IMG/VR virus record: IMGVR_UViG_3300032167_002916
DNA length: 60,460 nt
DNA from: a virus
Taxonomy: Duplodnaviria > Heunggongvirae > Uroviricota > Caudoviricetes
Reading direction: 5' to 3' (one strand)
Part shown: one piece after another, positions 1 to 8,559 of the stretch
Numbering within the stretch: position 1 is the stretch's first letter
Layout of the letters: each line of letters opens with the position of its first letter
Notes under the pieces: model-generated
Database searches by the model: none
Seen by the model: only the letters and a program-made list of their open reading frames with translations
Told to the model about the DNA's origin: nothing
Position numbers and translations under genes: made by a program

Positions 1-2
1 TT

Positions 3-179
3 TGGTTGGAGTCTCCCGCAGGAGATACATACAATCTAAAATCTAAGTTTTCCCAGTGCCTCGCTCTTGGTGAGTTGTTGGGAATCCACGGAAATGAATT
101 GGAACTGTTCTGTTCTTTGAGCGAGGACGAAGCCAAATTCTATAGATTCTTCTATGAGAATCCAGAGGTAATGAAATAA
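3..179 (+). CDS. 3' end of an upstream gene (partial, runs off window)
   Basis: Frame 3 is open from base 3 to TAA at 177-179 (WLESPAGDTY...YENPEVMK*), directly followed by the SD AAGGAG of the next gene. Confidence 0.7.
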   Translation, partial: WLESPAGDTYNLKSKFSQCLALGELLGIHGNELELFCSLSEDEAKFYRFFYENPEVMK

Positions 180-189
180 GGAGAATGCA

Positions 190-708
190 ATGAAAACTCT
201 AATTGTAATCGACATGCAGAACGATTTCATTGAAGGTGCCTTGGGAACGGCAGAGGCCAAGTCCATTGTACCCAGAGTTCAAGCAAAAGTAGAAGCGTAT
301 GTAGCTGCAGGTGATAATATTATCTTTACAAGAGATACGCATCACTGCAATTACTTAAACACAAATGAGGGCAAACATCTCCCTGTGCCGCACTGTATGT
401 ACAATACGCAAGGCTGGTGCATCCATAAAGACATTCAGAGTCAGTTCGGTACGGTAATTCTGGATAAGTTTTCTTTTGGCTACACTGAGTGGGAAGCATT
501 TAGTGACCTGCTTGATGTAGATGGAATCGAGATTGTTGGCGTCTGCACTGATATTTGTGTTATCACCAATGCTCTGATGCTGAAGACGCACTATCCTGAA
601 GTAGAAATCACAGTAGATGCAAGCTGTTGTGCTGGTGTGACGCCGGAAAAACATAGTGCTGCTTTGGAGGTAATGAGATCCTGTCAAATCAATGTGGTAA
701 ATGCATGA
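190..708 (+). CDS. pncA: Nicotinamidase / isochorismatase-family cysteine hydrolase
   Basis: LIVIDMQNDF, TRDTH, HC..GW and GVCTDICV motifs (catalytic Asp, metal ligands, Cys nucleophile). Confidence 0.85.
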   Translation: MKTLIVIDMQNDFIEGALGTAEAKSIVPRVQAKVEAYVAAGDNIIFTRDTHHCNYLNTNEGKHLPVPHCMYNTQGWCIHKDIQSQFGTVILDKFSFGYTEWEAFSDLLDVDGIEIVGVCTDICVITNALMLKTHYPEVEITVDASCCAGVTPEKHSAALEVMRSCQINVVNA

Positions 709-724
709 TGCAGGAGGGCAAATA

Positions 725-1468
725 ATGAGAAAACTAATCGGAGTTATTCTTGTCTGCATCGCATGGCAGGTGGGTTCTATGATGACCACGCCTTTGTTCG
801 TACCATCTCCTATCGCAGTGTGGGAGGCACTTGTCGGCTTGTTTGAATCTGGTCAGTTAATTCCTGGCCTGTTGTATTCGTTTAGTCGCATTTCAGCGGC
901 TACATTACTTGCAATCGTAATTGCAGTGCCGGTGGCACTGCTTATTTCTTTGTCAGAAACGTTAAAGGATATTATTTCTCCGGTCGTTTCTGCAATGAGA
1001 TATATTCCAGTAACTGCATTTTCTCCGTTGCTAATCCTTTGGTTTGGCATCGATGAGACGATGAAGGTATCATTTCTATTCCTTGCATCTTTTGTATACG
1101 TACTGCCAACAACAGTACTTTGTCTAGAAGATGTCTCTCAGGATCTAATTGATACTGGTAAGTCAATCGGTATGAAATCACACCAAATCATTACAGAAAT
1201 TCTTTTACCGGCTGCATTACCCTCGGTTATGAGTTCATTCTTAATGATGTATGGCATTGGCTGGACTTATGTTGCGGTTATTGAAGCAGTAAACGCAAAA
1301 TATGGCTTAGGATACATTATCAATCAGGGAGCTGCCAGAGGTAAAACTGCAATTGTTTTTGCAGCGATCTTGGTGATTATCGCATTCAGCTATTTGTTTG
1401 ACAAGGCGGGCAATGCACTAATCAAAAAGTGTTTCAGATGGAGGTATTTAGATGATAACCTTGAATAA
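725..1468 (+). CDS. ABC transporter permease (SsuC/TauC/NitT type)
   Basis: Six hydrophobic segments, FVPSP and EAA-like loop (DLIDTGKSIG); SD AGGAGG supports ATG 725 over 701. Confidence 0.88.
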   Translation: MRKLIGVILVCIAWQVGSMMTTPLFVPSPIAVWEALVGLFESGQLIPGLLYSFSRISAATLLAIVIAVPVALLISLSETLKDIISPVVSAMRYIPVTAFSPLLILWFGIDETMKVSFLFLASFVYVLPTTVLCLEDVSQDLIDTGKSIGMKSHQIITEILLPAALPSVMSSFLMMYGIGWTYVAVIEAVNAKYGLGYIINQGAARGKTAIVFAAILVIIAFSYLFDKAGNALIKKCFRWRYLDDNLE

Positions 1469-2048
1469 TTTGGTGGTTGGATATAAAAAGCCTCTGCTCG
1501 ATCCGCTAAATGCAGTATTTGAAGACGGTAAGATTTATGGCATTCTCGGTCCGTCTGGATGCGGCAAGAGTACGCTATTAAAGACGATCGCAAAAATGAA
1601 AAAACCTATAGCTGGCAAAGTGATCCGCAACGATAATTGCCAAATCTATATGATGCATCAACGGTATACAAACTTTAACTGGCTTAATTGCCTTGATAAT
1701 GTGTTGATTGCAGAAAGAAGTAAACGCAAGAGAAGAGAGCTCGTTCCAAGAGCAAAAGAAGTCTTAGAGCAGGTTGGACTCGGTGAATACATGGACAGAT
1801 ACCCAACAGAACTGTCCGGTGGTATGCAACAAAGACTTGCGTTGGCAAGAGTTTTGTTCATCAAGCCAAAGTACCTGCTTATGGATGAACCGCTTTCAGC
1901 TCTCGATGATGTAACAAGAGCGAGAATGCAGCAACTAATCAAGGCGGTTCACAATGAAACGGGCGGAACAATCATTATGGTCACGCACAGTATTGCAGAA
2001 GCAAACCGCATGTGCGATCAAATTATTACATTAACAAAGGGGAAATGA
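1452..2048 (+). CDS. ABC transporter ATP-binding subunit (SsuB/TauB type)
   Basis: Walker A GPSGCGKST, signature LSGGMQQR, Walker B LLMDEP, H-loop VTH. Confidence 0.95.
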   Translation: MITLNNLVVGYKKPLLDPLNAVFEDGKIYGILGPSGCGKSTLLKTIAKMKKPIAGKVIRNDNCQIYMMHQRYTNFNWLNCLDNVLIAERSKRKRRELVPRAKEVLEQVGLGEYMDRYPTELSGGMQQRLALARVLFIKPKYLLMDEPLSALDDVTRARMQQLIKAVHNETGGTIIMVTHSIAEANRMCDQIITLTKGK

Positions 2049-2049
2049 C

Positions 2050-2586
2050 ATGGGCTTTCTGGAAAAACTGGGACTTGTTGTCAGCGAAGAGCCTGAGGTA
2101 GGTATTGTTGCACCGGAGGCACCGGTGGTCAATCCTGCTCCCGAGGTAGATGCGGATATTAAGTCCACAAACAACATCATCAGTGAAATCTACAAGCAAA
2201 ACGAAATGGAAGAGATGGATGAATCAATTTACGCTGTGAAGGCGTTTATTGAGACTCTGCCTTCTGAAATGACAACTGCGAAGAAGCAAAGCACCGTATC
2301 TGGTATTTTGGCGGTTTCCAAAATCTCTGTTGCGGATCTCGTTACAGACGCACTGAGCCGTATGGATGTTCTTCGTATGGCACAGGCAAAGGTTGTCGAT
2401 GAGAGAACTGCAGAAATTGCAGCCGCTAATGCAGATATTGAGGCTCTGAAGCAGGCAATTGAAGCTGCGACAATCAAAATCAAAAATGCTGAAGAGATTA
2501 TCGCGGCAACTAAGAAATCTATTGAGGATGAAGTCGGTGTTATCACCGGTTTAGTCGAATTTTGTAATGGAATGGAGGTAAAGTAA
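2050..2586 (+). CDS. Acidic coiled-coil protein with N-terminal amphipathic helix
   Basis: MGFLEKLGLV start, heptad-rich C-terminus, translationally coupled in the ABC/PspA operon. Confidence 0.7.
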   Translation: MGFLEKLGLVVSEEPEVGIVAPEAPVVNPAPEVDADIKSTNNIISEIYKQNEMEEMDESIYAVKAFIETLPSEMTTAKKQSTVSGILAVSKISVADLVTDALSRMDVLRMAQAKVVDERTAEIAAANADIEALKQAIEAATIKIKNAEEIIAATKKSIEDEVGVITGLVEFCNGMEVK

Positions 2587-2587
2587 G

Positions 2588-3334
2588 ATGGAATATGTAT
2601 TTGGCGTAATCATTGCACTCGTTGTGCTGGCACTTGTGCTGTTCCCTGGATTTCGCAAGAAACTGAAGGTGTTGGTTGGCGGTATTCTTGATGTCTTTGT
2701 TGAGGATCAGGCCAAAACTCCTGAAGGTGCTGCAGCGGTTTTCAATCAGGCAATTGATGAAGTTCAGGAAAAGTATAATCAGGCATCTTCTACCCTGAAT
2801 AAGTTGTCTGGTGAACTGAATCATGCAAAGACCGCAGTTGAGAGACTGACCAGTAAAATCAAGCAGGTAGAAGCTTCTTGTGAGAGTCTGGTGAAGGCGG
2901 GCCGCATGGGTGATGCACAGGTTTATGCAGAGAAGCGTTCTGAGCTGATGACCGAACTGCAGTATGAGCAGAATCGAGTTGCTAAGCTGACTCCGATGGT
3001 AGCAGAAGCAACTCAGATCCACACTACTTACGGCAATAATCTGCGTGAACTGCAGCGTAAGAAGAAGGAAACCATTAACAAGATCAAGATGAATACCCAG
3101 ATGAAGGATCTGTATGGCGATCTGGACGAGCTACGGAAGGATTCTGCAACAGACAAGATGCTGAGTGCGGTTCTGGATGGTTCTACTGAGCTGGAGAAGG
3201 AAGCAGACGGCGCTCGTATTGTCCATGAAAATAAGGCATCTACAAAGATTGCTCGTGCAGAGCAGAATGCTGCGAAGCTGCAGAATGATGCCTATCTGGA
3301 AGAACTCAAGAAGAAGTATAATGGAGGCAAGTAA
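2588..3334 (+). CDS. pspA: PspA/IM30 (ESCRT-III-like) family protein with N-terminal TM anchor
   Basis: N-terminal TM, then EDQAKTPEGAAAVFNQAI and long coiled coil ending in YLEELKKKY, typical PspA-like architecture. Confidence 0.7.
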   Translation: MEYVFGVIIALVVLALVLFPGFRKKLKVLVGGILDVFVEDQAKTPEGAAAVFNQAIDEVQEKYNQASSTLNKLSGELNHAKTAVERLTSKIKQVEASCESLVKAGRMGDAQVYAEKRSELMTELQYEQNRVAKLTPMVAEATQIHTTYGNNLRELQRKKKETINKIKMNTQMKDLYGDLDELRKDSATDKMLSAVLDGSTELEKEADGARIVHENKASTKIARAEQNAAKLQNDAYLEELKKKYNGGK

Positions 3335-3337
3335 AAA

Positions 3338-4927
3338 TTGAAGAGAATGAAACTGACGACTGCCGGTCGTGTTGTGATTTTTATTCTGGTTGCTGCAATT
3401 CTTTGCGGCGCAGCGTTCTTTGCGTACAACTATTTCGCACCTAAGCTGATTGACAATTTCGGCTCTGACAATATCGGTAATTATCCCGAAAAGAACGAAG
3501 CTGGAAAGCCCGCAGCGACTGCAAAGCCTGCGGAGACGAGTAAAGTCGACATCAGCAATACTGAAATCAACCTGTCTCTGGATGAGTGGATTGGTTGGAA
3601 GCCCATCATTGATGCAAACCAGGGTTTGACAACTCAGCCTGGTTCTATTTTTGATAAGCTTGGTCTGAAGGTTAATATCCATATTGTGAACGACGCAGAA
3701 GCATCTAGTAATGCCCTGATTAAGGGCGATTTGAATGCTGCAGGTTACACATTGAATCGTACCGCCTTTTTGTCTGGCAAGTTTGCAGATGCTGGCCTTG
3801 ATGTAGTTATGCCTGTGTTTACCAACTATTCTGATGGTGGTGATGGTATTATTGCGCTGAGCAATATTACATCCATTGAGGATCTGGTTGGTGCAAAGAT
3901 TGGCGTTCCCAAGTTCTCTGAGGCGCAGTCTCTGGTTATCTGGTTTGTCAACAAATCTGATTTAACGGATGCTGAAAAGGCAGAGATCATCGACAATCTG
4001 GTTCTTCTAGATGATGCTGAACAGACCGGTCAGGCATTCTTTGCTGGATCATTGGACGTGGCAGCAACTTGGCAGCCTTACCTGTCTAATGCAGAAGCAA
4101 GTACGGATTCCCATATTCTGTTTGACACCTCCGCGTCCAATAAGTTGATTATGGATGGCATCGTATTCCGTGCTGACTTTGCACAGGCACATCCCGATGT
4201 TGTTTCCAAGTTCATCGATGGTATTTTCCAGGCAGAGCCTATGTACGAAACTGAGTTTACCTACATCAGAAAGGCAATGCCTATGTTTGCGGACTCTTCT
4301 GATGAAGATATCAAGGGTATGTGCGGCGATGCTGGCTTGATGGGTTATGCAGAGAATGTCAACGCCTTAGAAAATGATTGCCCCATTGTTTATGCAGATA
4401 TGTGTTCCGTATGGGAAAGCATTGGTGAGACGGTGAATCGTCCTCTGGGTGCAACTCTCTTTGACACAAGCTATGTAAATGCACTGTCTAACAACTATTC
4501 TTCTCTGATCCAGGCGGATACCATTGAAATTACAGAAGAACAGAAGGAAGCTGCGATGGATGTTCCCTCTATGCTGAGTAAGAGTTGTACAATCGAATTC
4601 CATCCTGATACTGCTAAGTTTAAGGATAATGCTGCAGCTGCTGCTGTGTTAGATGAGTTCGTTGAAATTGCCAAAGTTTTGGATGGTACGATTATTCAGA
4701 TCGAAGGCAATGTGAATTTTGATGGTCATAAGTATTCTGGTGATGCACTGTCCACAAGCAGAGCGAAGACTGTTAAGAATTACTTTGTTGCTTGCGGTAT
4801 CGATCCTGACAGAATTATTGTTATTGGCAACGGTAACTCTAAGATGTTGGTTGATCCTAATTTAAGCACAGAGGAGACGATGCCCAATCGTCGGACGGAT
4901 ATTTTCTTCAAAACTATTGGTGCCTAA
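3338..4927 (+). CDS. Membrane-anchored NMT1/THI5-like substrate-binding protein fused to C-terminal OmpA-like peptidoglycan-binding domain
   Basis: TM anchor; SBP motifs (DEWIGW, YSDGGDGII, ATWQPY); OmpA-like IQIEGN...LSTSRAKTVKNY...G.G...NRRTDI. Confidence 0.85.
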   Translation: MKRMKLTTAGRVVIFILVAAILCGAAFFAYNYFAPKLIDNFGSDNIGNYPEKNEAGKPAATAKPAETSKVDISNTEINLSLDEWIGWKPIIDANQGLTTQPGSIFDKLGLKVNIHIVNDAEASSNALIKGDLNAAGYTLNRTAFLSGKFADAGLDVVMPVFTNYSDGGDGIIALSNITSIEDLVGAKIGVPKFSEAQSLVIWFVNKSDLTDAEKAEIIDNLVLLDDAEQTGQAFFAGSLDVAATWQPYLSNAEASTDSHILFDTSASNKLIMDGIVFRADFAQAHPDVVSKFIDGIFQAEPMYETEFTYIRKAMPMFADSSDEDIKGMCGDAGLMGYAENVNALENDCPIVYADMCSVWESIGETVNRPLGATLFDTSYVNALSNNYSSLIQADTIEITEEQKEAAMDVPSMLSKSCTIEFHPDTAKFKDNAAAAAVLDEFVEIAKVLDGTIIQIEGNVNFDGHKYSGDALSTSRAKTVKNYFVACGIDPDRIIVIGNGNSKMLVDPNLSTEETMPNRRTDIFFKTIGA

Positions 4928-4954
4928 TTTTGGCACCAAATTTGAGGTGTTCGT

Positions 4955-5317
4955 ATGAGTGTTTGTGAAGACTGTGGTTGTGAATCCCATATTACATGGG
5001 GTAGCTTGGGGGGTGCACGCTTGTGCTTCCCCTGTGCTGAAAAAAGAAAACAAGCTAAGGTTATTGAAAGAAGCGCAGAAATTAAGCATCCATCTGATTT
5101 CGAGACATGGGATCACGGTGATATGTCAGAACTATTCTGGGTTCATCTTGGTAAATATGTTAAGAATCCTAATCCGGAAAGCATCAACTATATGAACATG
5201 GCTTTCTTATGGGCGTGCCACGATAGCCATGGCCTGTCTAATTCGTTCGATCATGCGATGAAATGGGCGGGAATTGACTTGCATAAAGAGCTGAGTCGTT
5301 GGCGCGCAACGGGTTAA
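4955..5317 (+). CDS. Hypothetical protein, N-terminal CxxC..CxxC zinc finger-like
   Basis: SD GAGGTG, CEDC and CFPC motifs. Confidence 0.65.
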   Translation: MSVCEDCGCESHITWGSLGGARLCFPCAEKRKQAKVIERSAEIKHPSDFETWDHGDMSELFWVHLGKYVKNPNPESINYMNMAFLWACHDSHGLSNSFDHAMKWAGIDLHKELSRWRATG

Positions 5318-5339
5318 AATTATACCAAACAGGAGTTTT

Positions 5340-5543
5340 ATGTCAGACAGTAATACTTGTTCATTGCCAGATGGTTTCGACATTAAACCAGATGGAATCC
5401 ATTCACTCGATCCATGTATCTATGAAGATATTGAGTTACACAAAAATGTAACAGTAATTGTTTCTCGCTGCAAGAATTGCGGGAAAATCAGTTTAAGCTG
5501 GTTGCGTACACCAGACACTGAGAGCATTGATCTAACTGAATAG
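5340..5543 (+). CDS. Hypothetical small protein
   Basis: SD AGGAG, 67 aa, CKNC motif. Confidence 0.6.
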   Translation: MSDSNTCSLPDGFDIKPDGIHSLDPCIYEDIELHKNVTVIVSRCKNCGKISLSWLRTPDTESIDLTE

Positions 5544-5547
5544 TTAA

Positions 5548-5580
5548 TCCGGCACTCGAAACTTGGGTGCCGGAATTTTT
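5548..5580 (+). terminator. Intrinsic terminator-like hairpin
   Basis: TCCGGCAC/GTGCCGGA 8-bp stem followed by ATTTTT. Confidence 0.65.
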
Positions 5581-5582
5581 AT

Positions 5583-5670
5583 GGAGAGTTGTCCGAGCGG
5601 TTTAAGGAACCGGTCTTGAAAACCGGCGAGGGTAACACCTCCGTGGGTTCGAATCCCACACTCTCCGCCA
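5583..5670 (+). tRNA. tRNA-Ser (anticodon TGA)
   Basis: Acceptor GGAGAGT/ACTCTCC-G-CCA, anticodon arm CCGGT-CT-TGA-AA-ACCGG, long variable arm, GGTTCGAATCC T-arm. Confidence 0.97.
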
Positions 5671-5685
5671 TACTAATTTGAAAGG

Positions 5686-5994
5686 TTGAAAATAATGTTT
5701 GACAATAAGTTAGTAGAATGGGCATCGAATATTTTAGATTTTGTTTTTGGTATAGTCGGAGACATTATCTCGTTTGGTGTAACCATTGGGTTGCTGTATG
5801 CAACCTTTTATCTAGTCGGTAAATACTTAGTCTGCCAAAATGATGAGGCTGAATGGTCTAAGTTTACAGGTCATATTCGGTCTGGAATCAAAGATCTAGC
5901 AGAGGCTTTCAAAAATGCGGCTCCTGCAATTAAGGCTACTGCAAAAGAGTGGGCGGATACAATTCTTGATTGCATTGAAGATATTGTAGATTAA
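5686..5994 (+). CDS. Hypothetical membrane protein
   Basis: One long hydrophobic segment; start uncertain (TTG 5686 or ATG 5695). Confidence 0.55.
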   Translation: MKIMFDNKLVEWASNILDFVFGIVGDIISFGVTIGLLYATFYLVGKYLVCQNDEAEWSKFTGHIRSGIKDLAEAFKNAAPAIKATAKEWADTILDCIEDIVD

Positions 5995-6004
5995 AGAGGT
6001 AAGT

Positions 6005-6256
6005 GTGAAAGTATATTTTTGTAATTGCTATGATGAAATGCGCCAAATCGGTGAAGTAAAAGAAGTGGGCGAGACATCCAACGAAATCTTTAAGGCAGCA
6101 ATGCAGGTTATCAATCCATTCCTTGAAGAGCGGAAGTATAAAAGCTACTACGTACGATATTGGAAAGAACCTCGGGACGGTGTTCCGATGATGAAGTTCG
6201 ATGTGGGTAGTCATTCAGAATTCTTTTACATAGATAAGCTAATGCCTGGAATGTAA
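6005..6256 (+). CDS. Hypothetical phage protein
   Basis: SD GAGGT with GTG start, tiles with neighbours. Confidence 0.6.
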   Translation: MKVYFCNCYDEMRQIGEVKEVGETSNEIFKAAMQVINPFLEERKYKSYYVRYWKEPRDGVPMMKFDVGSHSEFFYIDKLMPGM

Positions 6257-6269
6257 CGGAGGTATACAT

Positions 6270-6605
6270 ATGTTGAATTTCTGTAAGGAGTGGTCTCCAG
6301 AAGAAAACGAGCGCTTCTTGGCCGCTTGCCGCCAAAGGAAGATTGAATACTGTCAGAAATTCGGACTGCCAATTCCTGAAACATGGGACACATTGCAGGA
6401 TTATATGACAGAGAATAAGAGACTTCATGTGACAGTACAGTGCATGGCGGTATATGACAGCTATATCGATGTTCCAGCTTGCTATTCTCTGGATGACGCA
6501 ATCGAATATGCTAAAGATAATCTGCATGAGATCCCGTTGGGGCAAATGGAGTATGTTCAGGATAGTGATATCTTGGATGAAGAGAATTGTGATTTTGAGT
6601 GGTAA
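6270..6605 (+). CDS. Hypothetical phage protein
   Basis: SD GGAGGT, acidic C-terminus. Confidence 0.65.
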   Translation: MLNFCKEWSPEENERFLAACRQRKIEYCQKFGLPIPETWDTLQDYMTENKRLHVTVQCMAVYDSYIDVPACYSLDDAIEYAKDNLHEIPLGQMEYVQDSDILDEENCDFEW

Positions 6606-6615
6606 ATGAAAGGAA

Positions 6616-6921
6616 GTGTGTTCCATGATCGGTGCCGAAAATAGAGACTTCTCTTGGAGAAAAGCTTTAAGAAAGAAACGGATATCTGACCAAATCTATG
6701 GCAGATACGGTCAAGAACACAGTTACTATAGTAATTTGCATCAGTATTCCAAGAATAAGATTCACTGTTCTTGCCCCATATGTAGTCCGAAAACACGAAA
6801 TAAGGGTAGACGTGACAGAAAGAATTACGCACCGTCGCTCAATTATAAACTTTCTGATAGAAAGAGAATTGAAGCGATGGATGCGGAAATTCAAGAATTT
6901 ACAATCGAAGAACTAACATAG
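6616..6921 (+). CDS. Basic hypothetical protein with HCSCPIC motif
   Basis: K/R-rich, putative metal-binding motif; ATG 6626 is a likelier start. Confidence 0.6.
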   Translation: MCSMIGAENRDFSWRKALRKKRISDQIYGRYGQEHSYYSNLHQYSKNKIHCSCPICSPKTRNKGRRDRKNYAPSLNYKLSDRKRIEAMDAEIQEFTIEELT

Positions 6922-6929
6922 TAATAGAT

Positions 6930-7014
6930 GCGGGCATGGTGGAATCGGTAGACTCTGGGGATTTAGGTTCCCCTGTCGAGAGGCGTGCGGGTTCGAGTCC
7001 CGCTGCCCGCACCA
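6930..7014 (+). tRNA. tRNA-Leu (anticodon TAG)
   Basis: Acceptor GCGGGCA/TGCCCGC-A-CCA, anticodon arm GGGGA-TT-TAG-GT-TCCCC, variable arm, GGTTCGAGTCC. Confidence 0.96.
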
Positions 7015-7031
7015 CTATGAAAAGGAGATAC

Positions 7032-7559
7032 ATGCCAGAAATTTGGAAAAGATTATCGTATCCGGGACTCTGTGATGAAGATAACCGATTTGAAGTTAGT
7101 TCGCATGGTCGCCTAAGAAACAGGCTCACAGGACATATATATAGTCCATCTGTGCTCAGTAGTGGCTATTTATGTGTACGAACTTCTTTGGGTAGCAGGG
7201 CAAAAAGAATCAACATTATAATTCATAAGGCAGTTGCACATACATTTATTGATAATCCAAATGATTACCCGGAAGTTAACCACATCAACGGGAACAAACG
7301 GAATAATGAAGTTGACAACTTAGAATGGTGTACACGCCAAGATAATGAGATTCACAAATATGCATGCGGCCTTATAGATATAGAATTGTTAAAAGGCGAA
7401 AACGCAAGTTCTGCGAAACTATCGTGGGATGCTGTGCATGACATCAGAGAGAACTGTATTTTAGGATCACACACCAATGGAATACGGTCGTTTGCAAGAA
7501 AATATGGTGTGTGCAGAAAAACTATTGAGTCAGTTATACATAATAAAACATGGAAATAA
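7032..7559 (+). CDS. NUMOD4-type HNH homing endonuclease
   Basis: MPEIWK..YEVSSHGR N-terminus, IHKAVAHTF, VNHINGNKRNNEVDNLEWCT; SD AAGGAG at 7022 places the start after the tRNA. Confidence 0.88.
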   Translation: MPEIWKRLSYPGLCDEDNRFEVSSHGRLRNRLTGHIYSPSVLSSGYLCVRTSLGSRAKRINIIIHKAVAHTFIDNPNDYPEVNHINGNKRNNEVDNLEWCTRQDNEIHKYACGLIDIELLKGENASSAKLSWDAVHDIRENCILGSHTNGIRSFARKYGVCRKTIESVIHNKTWK

Positions 7560-7572
7560 TTGACTTAACCAC

Positions 7573-7662
7573 GGAGGATTGCCCGAGTGGCTTAAGGGAA
7601 CAGCCTCGAAAGCTGTCGACGGGTCCGCCCGTCCGTAGGTTCGACTCCTACATCCTCCGCCA
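7573..7662 (+). tRNA. tRNA-Ser (anticodon CGA)
   Basis: Acceptor GGAGGAT/ATCCTCC-G-CCA, anticodon arm ACAGC-CT-CGA-AA-GCTGT, long variable arm. Confidence 0.96.
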
Positions 7663-7667
7663 AATAT

Positions 7668-7745
7668 CCGGGCTTAGCGAAGTTTGGTCATCGCGCCTGA
7701 TTTGGGATCAGGAGGCCGGGGGTTCGAATCCCCCAGCTCGGACCA
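7668..7745 (+). tRNA. tRNA-Pro (anticodon TGG)
   Basis: Acceptor CCGGGCT/AGCTCGG-A-CCA, anticodon arm CCTGA-TT-TGG-GA-TCAGG, GGTTCGAATCC. Confidence 0.96.
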
Positions 7746-7763
7746 TAATACGAGGAGCATTAT

Positions 7764-8048
7764 ATGGATATTACTAAATGTCTGACGATTTCTACATCAC
7801 ATATCACAAAACAGACTGGCGAGATGCTTGACCTAGAACCATTTGATGACGTTCTAGGGTTAGTTGTATATAACAAGGGCGACTATGGTTGGTGGATTTA
7901 TATTGGCGATGATTCTGCTTCTATACCCAAGGATTTACCGCTTGATTTGATGGCATGTATTTGTGAAGCATTTACAAATAATTGCCAATGGCTGTGTTTG
8001 GATTGTTGCGGAGAAGAGCTTGAATCGCTTCCAACCTACGGATGGTAG
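7764..8048 (+). CDS. Hypothetical protein (DUF5983-like)
   Basis: ISTSHIT, KGDYGWWIY, CQWLCLD and LPTYGW pattern; SD GAGGAG. Confidence 0.6.
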   Translation: MDITKCLTISTSHITKQTGEMLDLEPFDDVLGLVVYNKGDYGWWIYIGDDSASIPKDLPLDLMACICEAFTNNCQWLCLDCCGEELESLPTYGW

Positions 8049-8054
8049 AACTAT

Positions 8055-8291
8055 ATGAGAATTCGGCCTGTTAGAGAAGTTGATACTGAGATCATCGAAA
8101 CAATAAAAGAGTACAGATGGGCGTACAAATGTGCACAACTTAGAACCGGTCCGCATTGTTATGGTTGGATGTATCCTGAGTTCGTACCAATTATGAATAA
8201 GTGTACTAGCCATCTAAAAAATTTAGACCTTGAAAGAAACCGTTCCAAAATGAAGGAATGGGAACAGAGAGCAGGAATCAAGAAAGGTTGA
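8055..8291 (+). CDS. Hypothetical small phage protein
   Basis: Tiles in the co-directional ORF array. Confidence 0.5.
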   Translation: MRIRPVREVDTEIIETIKEYRWAYKCAQLRTGPHCYGWMYPEFVPIMNKCTSHLKNLDLERNRSKMKEWEQRAGIKKG

Positions 8292-8295
8292 TAGC

Positions 8296-8547
8296 GTGTT
8301 TTGTACCGAATGTATTTGTCACCAATGTCCACATGGACTACATTGCTGGATTTGCGATAGAGAGCTTGACGGTCATTTGCTGATTGTCGAAGGATGTAAC
8401 GGTGGTCGTGAATCAAGTAAATGTCCATTAGATTTGATTGCACCGGAACACGCCGAAGCTTTAAGAAAGATTATCAAAGAGCACGATGCGGATGCTATGA
8501 AGGCATATTTCGATTATAAAACTGGCCTGTGGTATGCCAAAGGATAA
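8296..8547 (+). CDS. Cys/His-rich hypothetical protein
   Basis: CTECICHQCPHGLHCWIC; GTG start with SD. Confidence 0.55.
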   Translation: MFCTECICHQCPHGLHCWICDRELDGHLLIVEGCNGGRESSKCPLDLIAPEHAEALRKIIKEHDADAMKAYFDYKTGLWYAKG

Positions 8548-8559
8548 TTTTATTGAGGT

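Noticed and set aside
1-189. Hairpins upstream of the nicotinamidase as a riboswitch
   Set aside because: Frame 3 is open from 3 to 179 and ends just before the pncA SD, so this is the tail of an upstream CDS.
4936-4947. 12-bp inverted match to 49583-49594 (CCAAATTTGAGG)
   Set aside because: Roughly two hundred 12-mer coincidences are expected in 60 kb; there is no further similarity.
6936-7031. Track ORF N-terminal extension overlapping tRNA-Leu
   Set aside because: The HNH gene has its own SD and ATG at 7032; the extension is just the tRNA read in frame.
5670-7770. tRNA-associated theta (HDV-like) ribozymes
   Set aside because: Sequences after each CCA run directly into SDs or the next gene, with no nested double-pseudoknot pattern.
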